Notes under the pieces: model-generated
Told to the model about the DNA's origin: nothing
The model's input: only the letters and a program-made list of their open reading frames with translations
Database searches by the model: none
Program-made: the position numbers and the translations under genes
Part shown: positions 63,372 to 64,000 of the stretch, one piece after another
Position numbering within the stretch: position 1 is the first letter of the stretch
Layout: each line of letters starts with the position of its first letter
NCBI GenBank assembly: GCA_031278655.1
Contig: JAITJZ010000062.1
Coordinates: 82 to 64,081, forward strand
Source: Bifidobacteriaceae bacterium
Lineage (GTDB): Bacteria > Actinomycetota > Actinomycetes > Actinomycetales > WQXJ01
Direction: 5' to 3'
DNA length: 64,000 nt

Positions 63372-63888
63372 GGCGGAGGGCGGCGCGCCGGCCACCAAGA
63401 CCGCCCGCCAGGCGCTCATCCGGCAGTTGATCCGCTCGCAGGCGATCCGCTCGCAGGCGCAGTTGGCTGATCGGCTGGCCGAGGGCGGGCTGGAGGTCAC
63501 CCAGGCGACGCTCAGCCGCGACCTGGTGGAACTGCGGGCCGACAAGATCCGCCTGGCGGACGGCTCGCGCGTCTACGCCGTGGCGGCGGAGGGCGCCGAG
63601 GCCGCCTGGGAGGGCGACCTCAGCCGCGAGATGCTGGCCGCGCGCCTGCGCCGGCTGGTGGCGGAACTGCTGGTCAGCGCCGAGGGCAGCGCCAATATGG
63701 TGGTGCTGCGGACGCCGCCGGGGGCGGCTCACTTCTTGGCCTCGGCGATCGACCAGTCCTTTTTCCCCGGTGTCATGGGGACCATCGCGGGCGATGACAC
63801 GATTGTGCTGGTGACCCGCGAACCGAGCGGCGGCCCGGAGATCGCGGCCCGCTTCATCGAATTGGCGAACGAAGGAGAAGGAACATGA
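63364..63888 (+). CDS. argR: arginine repressor
   Basis: The N-terminal winged helix reads [26 protein letters not shown]. The C-terminal region [12 protein letters not shown] is the oligomerisation/arginine-binding domain. Confidence 0.9.
   Translation: MAEAEGGAPATKTARQALIRQLIRSQAIRSQAQLADRLAEGGLEVTQATLSRDLVELRADKIRLADGSRVYAVAAEGAEAAWEGDLSREMLAARLRRLVAELLVSAEGSANMVVLRTPPGAAHFLASAIDQSFFPGVMGTIAGDDTIVLVTREPSGGPEIAARFIELANEGEGT
63429..63458. repeat. perfect 15-bp tandem duplication gatccgctcgcaggc x2 in the argR DNA-binding domain
   Basis: Read directly from the sequence. It encodes [10 protein letters not shown]. Confidence 0.95.
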
Positions 63889-64000
63889 CCGAGCGCGTGG
63901 TGCTGGCCTATTCGGGCGGGTTGGACACGTCGGTGGCGATCGGCTGGATCGGCGAGGCCACCGGCGCCGAAGTGGTGGCCGTGGCGGTGGATGTGGGCCA
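63885..64000 (+). CDS. argG: argininosuccinate synthase (5' part; continues past the right edge)
   Basis: Opens [21 protein letters not shown] (the [12 protein letters not shown]-binding motif). ATG 63885 overlaps the argR stop (ATGA). Confidence 0.85.
   Translation, partial: MTERVVLAYSGGLDTSVAIGWIGEATGAEVVAVAVDVG

Overview
Very GC-rich actinobacterial chromosome segment. mshC shows the organism makes mycothiol, and the layout ErpA / DUF3043 / PepA / Lpd / E2 ... UppP / MshC / PAC2 ... argCJBDFRG resembles core mycobacterial and streptomycete synteny. The window has three parts. (1) 1-640 is a visibly lower-GC junction holding the 5' end of an AAA ATPase gene that runs off the left edge, plus an IS4 transposase relic. 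(2) About 640-18100 is a 15-gene accessory block of hydrolases and oxidoreductases: two tandem HSL-type esterases, two paralogous aldo/keto reductases, a Zn-ADH, an amidohydrolase, an SDR, an alpha/beta hydrolase, an O-methyltransferase, a Dpp/Opp-type ABC importer, a double SnoaL protein and an OYE/FAD reductase. It contains no regulator. (3) 18100-64000 is conserved core, including the SOS mutasome cassette imuA'-imuB-dnaE2, a tRNA-Leu(GAG), a second Dpp-type ABC operon and the arginine operon. I found no CRISPR array, intact mobile element or recognisable defence system. The observations most worth follow-up are: (a) the E2 (SucB/DlaT) gene keeps its lipoyl and E3-binding domains but has lost the catalytic DHRxxDG His/Asp and the oxyanion motif; (b) there is an unusual density of perfect short tandem duplications, almost all with unit lengths divisible by 3, sitting in essential genes (pyrD, argC, argJ, argD, argR, imuB), on stop/start junctions, and as a 12-bp x7 minisatellite just upstream of the SOS cassette; (c) TANNNT-N6-8-start (leaderless) architecture is pervasive, including divergent gene pairs whose -10 boxes interlock with each other's start codons. 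Most very long ORFs in the six-frame track are antisense or N-extension artefacts of the GC content. All coordinates and motif calls were made by eye, without searches.
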